A DNA stretch of 64,000 nt from positions 490,383-554,382 of the forward strand of contig JAUIBF010000001.1 in the NCBI GenBank assembly GCA_030428125.1, given 5' to 3'. Both the position numbers and the translations under genes were made by a program. The stretch's first letter is position 1. Each line of letters starts with the position of its first letter. Positions 1 through 10,299 of this stretch are shown piece by piece. The notes under the pieces are model-generated. The model was not told the DNA's origin. It saw nothing but the letters and a program-made list of their open reading frames with translations, and searched no databases. The stretch comes from a bacterium (lineage in GTDB: Bacteria; Patescibacteriota; Saccharimonadia; Saccharimonadales; SZUA-47).

Positions 1-29
1 CTTACGGGTTTCATTTACTTAAATTCTTC

Positions 30-965
30 TTAGTTATTTAATAACTTCTTAATAGATTTCGGTACGAACGGATCTGCCTCCTTTTTAGAAGCCAGGATAC
101 TGGGTGCATGGTTGGGTATTACTGCAACATGCTCCGTAAAGTTATTGTATATAACTCTTAAGTGTTGCTCAACTATAGCGTGATCAAAGTATTGGTCATT
201 GTCCACCGATATGTGATGTACGGGTAAATTAACTTGTTTTTTACAGTTATCCAGCGTGAGCATTGCGTGTGACGTTTCCATATATGTTCGAATTTCATTA
301 TCACGCCACAGCATTACCTCGAATTCTATAGCGGCCTTTTTTTCTTCTGGCGTTAGGTTCGCGAGTTTTTTCTTTGCGTTATGAGTCTTGGAGTACGTGG
401 CGCGAATAACTGAAGGGTGCAGACAGACATTGTAAAAGAATTTTGATGTGAGCCTTCCGGAAAAAAACTTAGCGAACGATCTGTAAAACGTGTATCTAGG
501 CTTGGAGAAAGTTAAATCATATTTGTGAGAAAAGCCTACAACAGACACAACCAAATCCACTTTTCTTACAAGCTCAGGATAGCGCTGTAGCATACGGGTA
601 ATCATCACAAAGCCTAGCGACATTCCCACTATGGTAACTTTTTTACCACGATACTTAAGCTTAACGAATGACGCTAGATAATCTGCAAAATTATCGAGAG
701 TTGGCTTCATGCCGATTTTATAAAAGCTATCCATACCACCGAATCCTGGTAGGTCGGGCATTGTTACTGCTCCGTATTCGTTCAGGGCTTCGGCGATGCC
801 GTACATGCGCTCAAGGCTTGAGTGGTGTCCGTAAACTAAGAGTATCTCTCGTTTTTTATTTTTAGGAGCTGACATCCGCAACATTCGTCCATTTAAGCCA
901 TTCATGTTCAATGGCTTGATGTCCTTCTGCATAGGAATTAAAACTGAGTCGTATGCCTTACTCAT
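30..965 (-). CDS. Alpha/beta-fold hydrolase
   Basis: PDLPGFGG motif, GMSLG nucleophile elbow, C-terminal His (PNH). Confidence 0.85.
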   Translation of the reverse strand: MSKAYDSVLIPMQKDIKPLNMNGLNGRMLRMSAPKNKKREILLVYGHHSSLERMYGIAEALNEYGAVTMPDLPGFGGMDSFYKIGMKPTLDNFADYLASFVKLKYRGKKVTIVGMSLGFVMITRMLQRYPELVRKVDLVVSVVGFSHKYDLTFSKPRYTFYRSFAKFFSGRLTSKFFYNVCLHPSVIRATYSKTHNAKKKLANLTPEEKKAAIEFEVMLWRDNEIRTYMETSHAMLTLDNCKKQVNLPVHHISVDNDQYFDHAIVEQHLRVIYNNFTEHVAVIPNHAPSILASKKEADPFVPKSIKKLLNN

Positions 966-1082
966 CCGGTAAAATCAGCTTGCTGTATTGTTTTCATTGA
1001 TATTCTGTAACAGAGAGTCTCTACTTATGTGAGACTCAATTTGTTTACCTAACTTTAACTTATTTTTGCAATTTCAGCAAGC

Positions 1083-1979
1083 CTACTCAGCGTAGAGTAC
1101 CTCTGTTCCAACCCAAACATACTCCCAGGCTTCGGGGTTAGGGCCCTGCAAGTCCGCATCAGGTGGATAGCTTGGTATAAAGCCATGTTCCTTAGCAACC
1201 CTATAGTTATCGTTGGACATCCAGTCAAAACATGGAGAATTTCTGAAGTTTTCAAAGGCATATCCTGCACAAACAAAATCTAGAGTGTAGCCAGTATGAT
1301 GCTTAGAATACCCTGGTGCAGCTGTAGTTTTAAGTGTCTCGTCGATTTCATCATCAGCTAAACCGTTAGCGATATCAGCATAACTCACACCCAATGCCGT
1401 CAGGCGACTAGTAAATAGTTGCCTCTGCGCTTCTACGGAACGGTATGCTGATGTAATCGACATGCTTAATCCTGCTTGAGCTGATTCTTGCTTTAGTTCT
1501 CTCCACGACATTGATACGCTTGGTTGCATTAAATAACCGTCAACGTACGGCAGGGCTGACGTAGGACTACTTCGCAGTCTATAGCCTCTTGCTTCTGCAA
1601 TTTGTCTGATTCTAGTGTCCGCTATATCGTTACCGGTGATGGCAGGAGGTGTGTCGACTTTATCCAGATTAGGTTGAAGTAGTTGGTCATAAAAAATCCT
1701 GAACTCGTTACCACTAAACTCTTGCAAACCAGGGGTAGCTTGCGTGGGCGAATTATTTTCATCTTGATTGCTGGCTACTGTCGGATCTTCAGATATTGGA
1801 GCTTCGGAATTATTCGATAAAAATAAGAAAAACCCGACGAACATCATAACGCCGACAGCAAGAATAAAAACAGGGCGCTTAAATCTGCTTTTTGGCTTCT
1901 GTTTTTGCTCAGAAACAGAGTTAGTCCTTTTTGGTTCCACAATCCTCATACGCTTACACCTATAGTACAACAAAAACAC
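1083..1979 (-). CDS. Membrane-anchored D-Ala-D-Ala carboxypeptidase, VanY/M15B family (true start probably 1949)
   Basis: N-terminal TM; SAYRS, PGYSKHHTGYTLD and EAWEY motifs (second Zn ligand appears variant: ExWE instead of ExWH). Confidence 0.8.
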   Translation of the reverse strand: MFLLYYRCKRMRIVEPKRTNSVSEQKQKPKSRFKRPVFILAVGVMMFVGFFLFLSNNSEAPISEDPTVASNQDENNSPTQATPGLQEFSGNEFRIFYDQLLQPNLDKVDTPPAITGNDIADTRIRQIAEARGYRLRSSPTSALPYVDGYLMQPSVSMSWRELKQESAQAGLSMSITSAYRSVEAQRQLFTSRLTALGVSYADIANGLADDEIDETLKTTAAPGYSKHHTGYTLDFVCAGYAFENFRNSPCFDWMSNDNYRVAKEHGFIPSYPPDADLQGPNPEAWEYVWVGTEVLYAE

Positions 1980-2009
1980 CTGAAAGGTTTTATCCCAATC
2001 AGGTGTTTT
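1973..2009. terminator. Hairpin AAAACACCTGA...TCAGGTGTTTT downstream of the large surface-protein gene
   Basis: 11-bp inverted repeat with T/A runs seen in sequence. Confidence 0.55.
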
Positions 2010-2021
2010 GTAGTTTTTATC

Positions 2022-5000
2022 TTAAGCTTCTGAGTTCTGACTATTTCGATATAAGCTGTAGGCAATTACTGCAACAATCAGTAATACTAGCACCCACAAC
2101 CACCAATTACTTGAGTCAGATTTTTCGTCTTCATCTGCAACAGCAGATTCAGAAGTATTCTCGTCAACTGCTTGAGCTACCTGAGGTTCAGATTCTATTT
2201 CTTCAGGTTCTTCATTTTCACTCGCAACAGCAACATTCTGAGAAGTACCACTAAAGCTGGTCGCTACAATTACACTGTTTCCTTCATTTTGCTGACCACC
2301 TATTGGCTCGTCTTTTTCTGCTTCGCTGCTTGGGTTGCTTCCACTGTCCGTACTTACACCGGCAACCGTTCCCGAGTCAGTGACTTCAAAGGTCGTTGTC
2401 TCGACTGCGACATTACCCGCTGAATCAGTCGCCGTTGCTGTAACGTTATGAATTCCCACGGCAAACCCACTAAAATCTATACTCCAATTACCGAGAAGAT
2501 CTACGAACGCATCACCAAATTTAGAGTCGCTATTTACTTCAACATATACTGTAGTCCCTGGTTCAGTTGTGCCTGAAATCGTCCTGAATGTATCAGGGTT
2601 TGATGCAACAGTACTTATAGTAAACGGCAAAGGCGCAGTTGTATCTACTTCTACGTCAACATAGTGATACTTCCAGTTTCCAGCATTATCAAAGGCTTGA
2701 ATTCTTAGTCTATAGAACCCATCTTCTAGACCATAGACTTCGTAAGTGAATGTCTCCGATACCGAGTTGTAAACTGCTGTTCCATCAGCAATATTTGCTA
2801 CATATACACCACCAAGTGCAGTAATCTCATTAACTCTATACTCGATTCTATCTATACCACTGGTTGCATCACTGACTAAGCCCTCAACTGTTATATCTGG
2901 TGAGCTCAGAAGTGAGTTGTCTGTTGGTGATGTTATTTCAGCAATTGGTTTTGTGTTATCTATTGCAAACTGCCTGGAAATAGTTTTGTTATTACCAGCC
3001 ATATCCGTAGTCCCTGCTCGTAGCGTGTAAGTGCCGTCTGCGTGCAGTGTAGTGTCAAGTGTACAGCTAAATTCATATGTACTTAGTCCACCTACAGAAC
3101 TGTTGGATCCGCAGCTTTTAATTAGCGGGTTTGTGTTTGTCTCATTATAAAGATTGATCGCCACCGTTTTAATCCCCGAACCACCAAGCGAGTCAGCTAA
3201 AACTTTTGCTTCCGTGTCTCCTGACACAAACTCACCATCGTTTGGCGTAATAAAGCTTAGTCCAGGTCGCGTATTGTCAACCTGTACGTCAACATAGTGG
3301 TACTTCCAGTTTCCAGCATTATCAAAGGCCTGAACCTTCAGTCTGTAAAAACCATCCGTCAGCCCATTAACCTCAAAATCGAAGCTACCTGAGCCATAAT
3401 TTGCTGTTCCGCTATCAACGCTAGACACATAACTACCACCAAGCGCATTAATCTGTGTAACTGTATAGTCAACTCTATCTATATCGCTTGTTGCATCTGA
3501 GGCTGTACCTTCAATTGTAAATGTGCCTTTATGCGCTGAATTGTTAACCGGAAATGTTATTTGCGTGTTAGGTTTTGTGTTATCAAATATCACTCTTCGC
3601 GAAATGGTTTTGTTATTGCCCGAAACATCAGTTGCTCCAGCTCTTAGGTAATAGTAGCCGTCAGTAAATGAAGTTGTATCAATCGTGCAATCAAGTACGT
3701 ATGAGTCGGTATTTAGACCACTGATTGTCCCACAACTTCCTAGATGGGCTGAATTATTTTCGTCTTTTATATTTACTGTTACTGCGTTGAGCAGGTTATT
3801 GTCGGTTGCTTCAAAGCTTATTGACGCATCTCCACTGAATGCTTGATCGTCAACACTTGGATTAATAAATCCAACTACAGGTTTTGAAACATCTGGCTCG
3901 AAATCGTAGGTAGTAACATCGCTAATGTTTTTTAGCACTACATTATCAAAATATCCGTCTAACCCCGCATCGGTTGCGTTCGTATCGCCCATGTTAATTG
4001 CAAACATTCTAATTGTCGCTCCTGCACCCATGTCAGCAGGCACAGAAGGACATGATGCTGGGTGTGGAGTATTCCACGTTTGAGTTGCCTTAGTCACCGG
4101 ATAGCTTTGTGTCGGGTCAAATACTACTGTCGTCCAACCAGATGAGGTAGTAAGCACAACATCGTACTTACAGTCGTAGTATTTGTTATAAGCAGTTCCG
4201 TCGTAGTTAGCATAAACGTTTAGGTAAAATTCGTTCGCGTCAGAAACTTCGTCACCACCAGGCCCTACCATGAAGTCATAGCTAAAGCTTTCTAGTTCCG
4301 ATATATCTTGAAAGGCAAAGAACTCTCCGATAAATTTTTTCGCAGGCGTAGAGCTTAGTGGCTCAACATACAGACTTCCGTTACCGATGACAGCTTCGTC
4401 TGTGGTGAATTCGATTGGAGTTGTGTTGTTAGGGTCACGATTAAACAGCCATCCAGGATAGTTTTCATCGGCAGCAGTGTCACCATAAATGTCAACTTCT
4501 GTTTCTGCTCTAGGTGGCAATCCGTTCAAAATAGTATCGTCAACAGCTAAACCATCAAAGTCATTCGTAACAAACCATAAGTATCTGTGGCCACCAACAG
4601 TTGCTCCAATTAAGTCAGAAGCGTCTGTCCTATTCCAGGACCCTATAACGTTACTCGACTGGTCGACTACAGATATATCTACAGAAAGCTGACCACTTAC
4701 GTTATTGAACTCAAAAATAAAGTCATACCAACCGGTTGTAGTTAGTGCAACATTCCCTGAGCCACACGGATGTCCTGGAGCATTATTTGTAGCATTAACA
4801 CACCACTCACCAGCAACAGAAGGGTTAGTGCCTGCGTGAGCGATAAAGTCTCTGCGATGAGAACCCGCAGTGTTGTTTACGGCAGAAGACAAGTCAAATC
4901 TTAAATCCGACACACCATCAGCTAGAGTCGTGTCTATATAAACCGATTGCGAAACTGTGTATCCACCAAAAGGAAACACGCTTTCATAACCTCCTAGCTG

Positions 5001-5360
5001 ATTGTACGGCCCCATTCTTTTACCAGCGTAAGTACCACTGGCTACAACGTCTCCTTCACCTAGCAAGGCGTGATTAGCGCCAGAATTACTGACTATTCCG
5101 TTTGTACCAGAAGCAACCTGAGTGATCGTGCTTCCTAAGTAGTCTGTCCATCCTGAAGTATCAACTTCAAAGTCGTTACTGTAGCTCGTGGCTGCATCTA
5201 CTCTATTGTTAAATAGGGCAGGCAAGGCAAACGTCAGGCCCTGCAATATTAAAATAGCGCTCAGTACTATAGCGCTTATATTTCTTATATCCCACCACGA
5301 TTTATACTCGTTCAATTTATACACTAAAACTCTCCCGCAACTTTTATTTCTCTCTACCAC
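2022..5360 (-). CDS. Large cell-surface protein with beta-sandwich N-terminal domains, tandem Ig-like (Big) repeats, acidic linker and C-terminal TM anchor
   Basis: Repeated DGxYxLxxxAxDxAGN motifs and DNTxP boundaries; N-terminal hydrophobic segment; C-terminal WWLWVLVLLIV anchor. Confidence 0.8.
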   Translation of the reverse strand: MVERNKSCGRVLVYKLNEYKSWWDIRNISAIVLSAILILQGLTFALPALFNNRVDAATSYSNDFEVDTSGWTDYLGSTITQVASGTNGIVSNSGANHALLGEGDVVASGTYAGKRMGPYNQLGGYESVFPFGGYTVSQSVYIDTTLADGVSDLRFDLSSAVNNTAGSHRRDFIAHAGTNPSVAGEWCVNATNNAPGHPCGSGNVALTTTGWYDFIFEFNNVSGQLSVDISVVDQSSNVIGSWNRTDASDLIGATVGGHRYLWFVTNDFDGLAVDDTILNGLPPRAETEVDIYGDTAADENYPGWLFNRDPNNTTPIEFTTDEAVIGNGSLYVEPLSSTPAKKFIGEFFAFQDISELESFSYDFMVGPGGDEVSDANEFYLNVYANYDGTAYNKYYDCKYDVVLTTSSGWTTVVFDPTQSYPVTKATQTWNTPHPASCPSVPADMGAGATIRMFAINMGDTNATDAGLDGYFDNVVLKNISDVTTYDFEPDVSKPVVGFINPSVDDQAFSGDASISFEATDNNLLNAVTVNIKDENNSAHLGSCGTISGLNTDSYVLDCTIDTTSFTDGYYYLRAGATDVSGNNKTISRRVIFDNTKPNTQITFPVNNSAHKGTFTIEGTASDATSDIDRVDYTVTQINALGGSYVSSVDSGTANYGSGSFDFEVNGLTDGFYRLKVQAFDNAGNWKYHYVDVQVDNTRPGLSFITPNDGEFVSGDTEAKVLADSLGGSGIKTVAINLYNETNTNPLIKSCGSNSSVGGLSTYEFSCTLDTTLHADGTYTLRAGTTDMAGNNKTISRQFAIDNTKPIAEITSPTDNSLLSSPDITVEGLVSDATSGIDRIEYRVNEITALGGVYVANIADGTAVYNSVSETFTYEVYGLEDGFYRLRIQAFDNAGNWKYHYVDVEVDTTAPLPFTISTVASNPDTFRTISGTTEPGTTVYVEVNSDSKFGDAFVDLLGNWSIDFSGFAVGIHNVTATATDSAGNVAVETTTFEVTDSGTVAGVSTDSGSNPSSEAEKDEPIGGQQNEGNSVIVATSFSGTSQNVAVASENEEPEEIESEPQVAQAVDENTSESAVADEDEKSDSSNWWLWVLVLLIVAVIAYSLYRNSQNSEA
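2652..3329. repeat. Internal direct repeat: 45 bp with one mismatch at 2652-2696 and 3285-3329
   Basis: TACGTCAACATAGTG(A/G)TACTTCCAGTTTCCAGCATTATCAAAGGC twice, 633 bp (211 codons) apart. Confidence 0.9.
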
Positions 5361-5420
5361 ATACTATACGCGTATTACCTTAAGTCGTCAAAGAATTTAA
5401 CCTGTAAAGTTTAGCGAATT

Positions 5421-6062
5421 CTACTTTTCTAGAACCGAAAATGAATGGTCCCAGGTTTTGTTCAAAACTCCATATTCAATCCACAAAAGACATAAAGGTT
5501 CCAGGAGTCTGCTTTTTTCAATGCCTCCGATATCCTGTATGTTACTCCAGCCCATCTCGCTCAACATATCACTAATGTGGTTTTTTGCCGACTGGTTGTT
5601 GCCACACATGAACATAACTGGGCTGCCATCTTTGTATTTTGGCTTAACCATATTTTTGTAATTTATAGTATTGAGCGTTTTAACAACGTGGCTATCAGCT
5701 AAAGTCTGCTGCACCAACTCACCAGCACTTATATCATGTCCGAATACCAATTCTGGGGTTCCATTTTCGTCATAAGTTAGCGGATTTGTCACATCTACGA
5801 CAATTTTTCCAGACAGCTCAGGACGAATTATCGCAAGGACGTTCTCTGCTGCGTGCCAAGCAACTGCAAGTATGGCTATTTCACCGAAATCAGCAGCTTC
5901 GGCAAACGAACCGAGTTGTAGCTTGCTTTTATGCTTTTTTACCCACTTCAAATCCTTTTTACTAGTGTCACGAGTTCCAATCATCACTTTGTGGTTTAGA
6001 TTTACTAAACCCTTGGCTAGTGCTTGCCCAACGTCGCCGGAACCTATAATCGCTATTTTCAT
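5421..6062 (-). CDS. NADP oxidoreductase, F420-dependent NADP reductase-like family
   Basis: MKIAIIGSGDVG Rossmann motif; VDVTNP, VVKTLNTI and LEP motifs. Confidence 0.85.
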   Translation of the reverse strand: MKIAIIGSGDVGQALAKGLVNLNHKVMIGTRDTSKKDLKWVKKHKSKLQLGSFAEAADFGEIAILAVAWHAAENVLAIIRPELSGKIVVDVTNPLTYDENGTPELVFGHDISAGELVQQTLADSHVVKTLNTINYKNMVKPKYKDGSPVMFMCGNNQSAKNHISDMLSEMGWSNIQDIGGIEKSRLLEPLCLLWIEYGVLNKTWDHSFSVLEK

Positions 6063-7207
6063 AACCCTATCTTACGATACTTTTTAGACTTACGCCTAGT
6101 TCTAGCTTTTTTCTTAGTCTCACTAGTTTGAATTGGCGCCTTTTTAGGATTAACTTTTTTTCTTTTACCGGACTTTTTAGGCGTACTAGAAGATAAGCCG
6201 GCCTTTTTAGCTACCTCTGCGTAGATATTCTCAGGACGGCTCATTTTTTCAATGATTAGTACGGTTGCGCCTACAGAAACCAAGACGATTGAAATGTTTA
6301 TAACCACTATGTCTAAGTTCTGTAAAAACTCTTCTATTACGTTATTAAAAAGTCTAGGCAAACCTTCGCCCTGTACCGAAAATGTGTCCGTAAAATGAGG
6401 TAACACAAACCCGAAAACCAAAGTTAGAAGTGCGATAAATACTGCAGTAGTGACCATATCACTACCAATTCTCTTAACTCCACGTCTCCTGGATCTGTGC
6501 AGTAAAATAAACAGAATTCCTGATATAAAAATTACCAAGATACAAATTACAGGCAATAAACGAGTTGCCCTATAAGTCTCTGGCAGAAATTCTAAATCGT
6601 CTTTTTGGTCTTCGCTGCTGAAAATTGTCTCGTCGCTCAAAACAGGATTGTTCAAGAAATCCTGTTGCATCAAATCATCCTTAGAATATTGTCTGATTAA
6701 TTCTGCGCTCGACCCGGAAGGCTGACAGGTTAAATTAAATACCGTTGCACTTACATTATCTATTGCCGTGCAGGGTGGTAGTGATTCGTACTTATTTACT
6801 GCGTACGCACTCATTCCTTCGATGAATTTATCTACTTGGGCACTAAAGTTAATCTCGAACTCAAGTTCATCTTTTGAACCCTCAACCCAGTCATATACAC
6901 TGTCCAGCACATGATCGCCAGCTGACTTTAAAACTTTACTATCAAAAGATTCATTAGCAATTTTAATTACCTCTGGATCATCAAAGGGAAGTGAATTAGG
7001 CTCACCCTGAGATTCATTAGCGGCTGTCAGCACGAAAGCATCAACAAACTCATCATACACACCAGAGTCGTCGATTACTGCCTTGGTGCTATTTCGGTCG
7101 CCTAGCAGTAGCACTAGGCTGACTGTAGATATTAAAAAGATTATCGACAAATGAAATATGAAAAAGAAAAGCCAGCGACCAAATGCTTTTAAGGTATACA
7201 TAAGCAC
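6059..7207 (-). CDS. Multi-pass membrane protein with basic C-terminal tail, function unknown
   Basis: Four hydrophobic segments, long ORF overlapping the next gene by 4 bp. Confidence 0.7.
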   Translation of the reverse strand: MLMYTLKAFGRWLFFFIFHLSIIFLISTVSLVLLLGDRNSTKAVIDDSGVYDEFVDAFVLTAANESQGEPNSLPFDDPEVIKIANESFDSKVLKSAGDHVLDSVYDWVEGSKDELEFEINFSAQVDKFIEGMSAYAVNKYESLPPCTAIDNVSATVFNLTCQPSGSSAELIRQYSKDDLMQQDFLNNPVLSDETIFSSEDQKDDLEFLPETYRATRLLPVICILVIFISGILFILLHRSRRRGVKRIGSDMVTTAVFIALLTLVFGFVLPHFTDTFSVQGEGLPRLFNNVIEEFLQNLDIVVINISIVLVSVGATVLIIEKMSRPENIYAEVAKKAGLSSSTPKKSGKRKKVNPKKAPIQTSETKKKARTRRKSKKYRKIGL

Positions 7208-7259
7208 ATTATTACATTTTCTGTACTTTGAGCCTATTTACATATAAGCTTATGGGGAT

Positions 7260-7976
7260 ATGGGTAAGTTTAAGCGGAATACATTTTACTGCTTCTCGGC
7301 TCCAGTAATGCTCGCAACATTCATTATTGAGTTTGCATTAGCTACGTATCTACTGCTTACCCGGAAGCAAAATGCAACGACTAAACTTAGCGTAACGATG
7401 CTTGTGCTATTAGGCACTTTTCAATTAGCTGAATACGGGATTTGTGAAGCTTGGGGATTTAGTTCTGATGCATGGGCCAAAATAGGTTTTGTAGCTATAA
7501 CATTCCTACCTCCTATCGGCCTACACCTAGTCCACACAATATCTAGGCAGAAAATAACTGCCATGGTGCCACTGGCTTATTGCTTCGCTGCAGTTTGGTC
7601 ACTGTTCTTCATTTTTGGCTCACTGCTACAAGGATCAGTATGTACCGGAAATTACATTATATTTAACATCCCTGAACCATTTGAAGGCCTGTACTACATG
7701 TACTACGACATTACGATTGCTATTTCGATTGCGCTTGCATACGCCTATTCCAAAAGGGCCGAAACCAAGAAGATCGTCAAAGCTCTACAGTGGTTCATTA
7801 TCGGATACCTGCTATTTATTATACCGTCGATAATCTTTGTCATGATTGATACATATCAAGGCGTTGATAGTCCTCTGCCATCAATCATGTGTGGCTTTGC
7901 GCTACTTATGGCATTAATTTTGACCTTCATTGTAGTTCCGAACTCCACAGAAAAGAAGCCTATCAAGAAAAAATAA
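7260..7976 (+). CDS. About seven-TM membrane protein (HisKA_7TM-like sensor domain without a kinase, tentative)
   Basis: Hydrophobic helices throughout; FQLAEY and ITFLPP motifs. Confidence 0.6.
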   Translation: MGKFKRNTFYCFSAPVMLATFIIEFALATYLLLTRKQNATTKLSVTMLVLLGTFQLAEYGICEAWGFSSDAWAKIGFVAITFLPPIGLHLVHTISRQKITAMVPLAYCFAAVWSLFFIFGSLLQGSVCTGNYIIFNIPEPFEGLYYMYYDITIAISIALAYAYSKRAETKKIVKALQWFIIGYLLFIIPSIIFVMIDTYQGVDSPLPSIMCGFALLMALILTFIVVPNSTEKKPIKKK

Positions 7977-8017
7977 TGTCACCCAAACTTCGTTGATATA
8001 GACTAAGTTTTGATATA

Positions 8018-10267
8018 TTGTGTCCTCATAGACTAAATACGATTTGGAGAGGCACCTTGACTATAATTCTATATAAATTCGGAAAGCTACTAGCGCGACA
8101 CTCAGTAATAGTTTTTGTTTTGTTTGTGATCGGCGTAGCCTCGCTAATCTATTGGGCGAAGGATAGTCAATCCACGCTGCAGAATAGCTTGAACTTACCC
8201 GGCACTCAATCACAAGCAGCCCAAGATATATTAAATGAAAATTTTCCTCAAATCGCCGGCACCAGTTCAACAGTAGTTTTTCAAACTTCAGATGGCGATA
8301 TCACAGAATCGAATAAGCGCGCATATGTTGGTCAGGTTTTAAGCTCATTAAACAACCTCGATAACGTCGCAGCTGTTTCAAATCCGTATCAGGAAACAAA
8401 TGGCCAAACGCCAAATATTTCTAGTGACGGCACTACAGCGATTTCGACGATTAATTTACAGAACGGTCTAGAAGTAACTACGGAGGTTACAGACCAGCTA
8501 ACCGACACAGTAAATCAGTTTGCGTCCGAAGGACAATCAATAAATACTGTGGCTGTTGCGGGAGGTAACGCGTTTTTTGTTACTGCAAACTCCGGAACAA
8601 ATGATATAACCTCCGAAATTATTGGTGTAGCAGCTGCAATCGTAATCCTCTTGATTGCTTTCGGTTCAATTGTAGCTATGGGCTTACCTTTGGTTAACGC
8701 ATTTATTGGGTTAGCTCTTGGCATATCGATCGTTCACATAATTGCAAGTTGGGTCCAGATATCTTCGATCGGACCAACAATAGCAACGATGCTCGGTTTA
8801 GGCGTTGGTATTGATTACGCGCTATTTATTACAAACAGATACCGCGAAAACACTCAGAGTGGATATAAAAACGAGGAAGCTGTAGGTCGAGCGTTGGCGA
8901 CTGCAGGTCAGGCCGTCATTGTCGCGGGGCTTACAGTAATCATTTCACTGATGGGACTGGTACTTATTGACATACCTATTTTATCTTCAATTGCTTACGC
9001 AGGTGCAGTTTCAGTTGCAGTTGCAATAATGGTTTCTATCACAATTTTGCCAGCGTTTTTAAGTCTTACTTCAAGGTGGATCGAAAGATACAACATACAT
9101 CATTTGTTTGGTAGATCTGGCTTTAAGACAGAAATAGCAAAAGGGTGGGGCAAGACAATCACTAGACACTCTCTGCCGATCAGTGCATTTGCGTTGTTTA
9201 TACTTGCAATTTTAATCATACCAATTTTCAGTATAGAGCTTGGACCTCCTGGCGAAGACACGATACCACCTGACAACCCACAGCGTACCGTGTATAGCAT
9301 AATTGAAAACGAATTTGGCCCGGGCTTTAATGGACCGTTACTACTTGTCGAACAAATTCCTAGTGAGCAACCAGTTGCACAAACCCAGGAGTATTTACAA
9401 AAAATTTCAACAGCAGTATTGCAATCAGATGACGTTTTATCCATAAGCCCTCCTACATTCAACCAAGATAAAACTATTGCAGTTCAGGCTGTTATTCCGA
9501 AATCAGCACCGGATAGTGTTGACACTATAAACTTAGTTAATAGCTTGCAGGAAAATATACTGCCAAATGCCACATCTGATACTGGCATCCAAATTTACGT
9601 CGGTGGTTTTACGGCTACTTTTGTTGACATGTCTGAGAAGATCGCAGACCGTATGCCAATATTTATTGTTTCTGTTGTTTTAATGGCATTCATTCTTCTG
9701 GTGCTTGTTTTCAGGTCAATCTTCGTCCCCCTTATAGCAGCCCTGGTTCTATTGTTATCAGCTTCGGCTACATTTGGAGTGTTGGTAGCTGTATTCCAGT
9801 GGGGCTGGGGAGGTGAGCTAATTGGATTAGATTCTACAGGACCTTTGGTGTCGTATGTCCCAATTATGGTATTCGCTATCCTGTTCGGCCTAACAATGGA
9901 CTATGAGATTTTTCTAGTCTCGCGCATTAAGGAATCTTTTCTAGAAAATTCTGACAACAAAAAATCTATCGTTGGAGGAATTAGTAAGTCCTCTAGAATA
10001 ATAATCGCGGCAGCATTGATAATGTTTGCTGTATTTTCATCATTTAATTCGCAGGTAAATGTTGTTGTTAAGATGTTTGGAACCGGTCTTGCGGCTGCGA
10101 TTATAATCGATGTATTTCTCTCGAGGATGATACTGGTCCCAGCCATTATGAAGATGGGCAACAAACTAACATGGTGGTTTCCGAAATGGCTAGAATGGTT
10201 GCCAAACCTACATTTTGAAGAAAGTTCAGTTATAGACAGTTATAATAAGCAAACTAGATCAAAATAA
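8018..10267 (+). CDS. MMPL/RND family transporter (start probably near 8057)
   Basis: GVGIDYALF and GLTMDYEIF motifs, two soluble loops, WWFPKWL tail typical of actinobacterial-type MMPLs. Confidence 0.9.
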   Translation: MCPHRLNTIWRGTLTIILYKFGKLLARHSVIVFVLFVIGVASLIYWAKDSQSTLQNSLNLPGTQSQAAQDILNENFPQIAGTSSTVVFQTSDGDITESNKRAYVGQVLSSLNNLDNVAAVSNPYQETNGQTPNISSDGTTAISTINLQNGLEVTTEVTDQLTDTVNQFASEGQSINTVAVAGGNAFFVTANSGTNDITSEIIGVAAAIVILLIAFGSIVAMGLPLVNAFIGLALGISIVHIIASWVQISSIGPTIATMLGLGVGIDYALFITNRYRENTQSGYKNEEAVGRALATAGQAVIVAGLTVIISLMGLVLIDIPILSSIAYAGAVSVAVAIMVSITILPAFLSLTSRWIERYNIHHLFGRSGFKTEIAKGWGKTITRHSLPISAFALFILAILIIPIFSIELGPPGEDTIPPDNPQRTVYSIIENEFGPGFNGPLLLVEQIPSEQPVAQTQEYLQKISTAVLQSDDVLSISPPTFNQDKTIAVQAVIPKSAPDSVDTINLVNSLQENILPNATSDTGIQIYVGGFTATFVDMSEKIADRMPIFIVSVVLMAFILLVLVFRSIFVPLIAALVLLLSASATFGVLVAVFQWGWGGELIGLDSTGPLVSYVPIMVFAILFGLTMDYEIFLVSRIKESFLENSDNKKSIVGGISKSSRIIIAAALIMFAVFSSFNSQVNVVVKMFGTGLAAAIIIDVFLSRMILVPAIMKMGNKLTWWFPKWLEWLPNLHFEESSVIDSYNKQTRSK

Positions 10268-10299
10268 TACTGTGCTGCAGTTGCTATAATTAATGGGTA

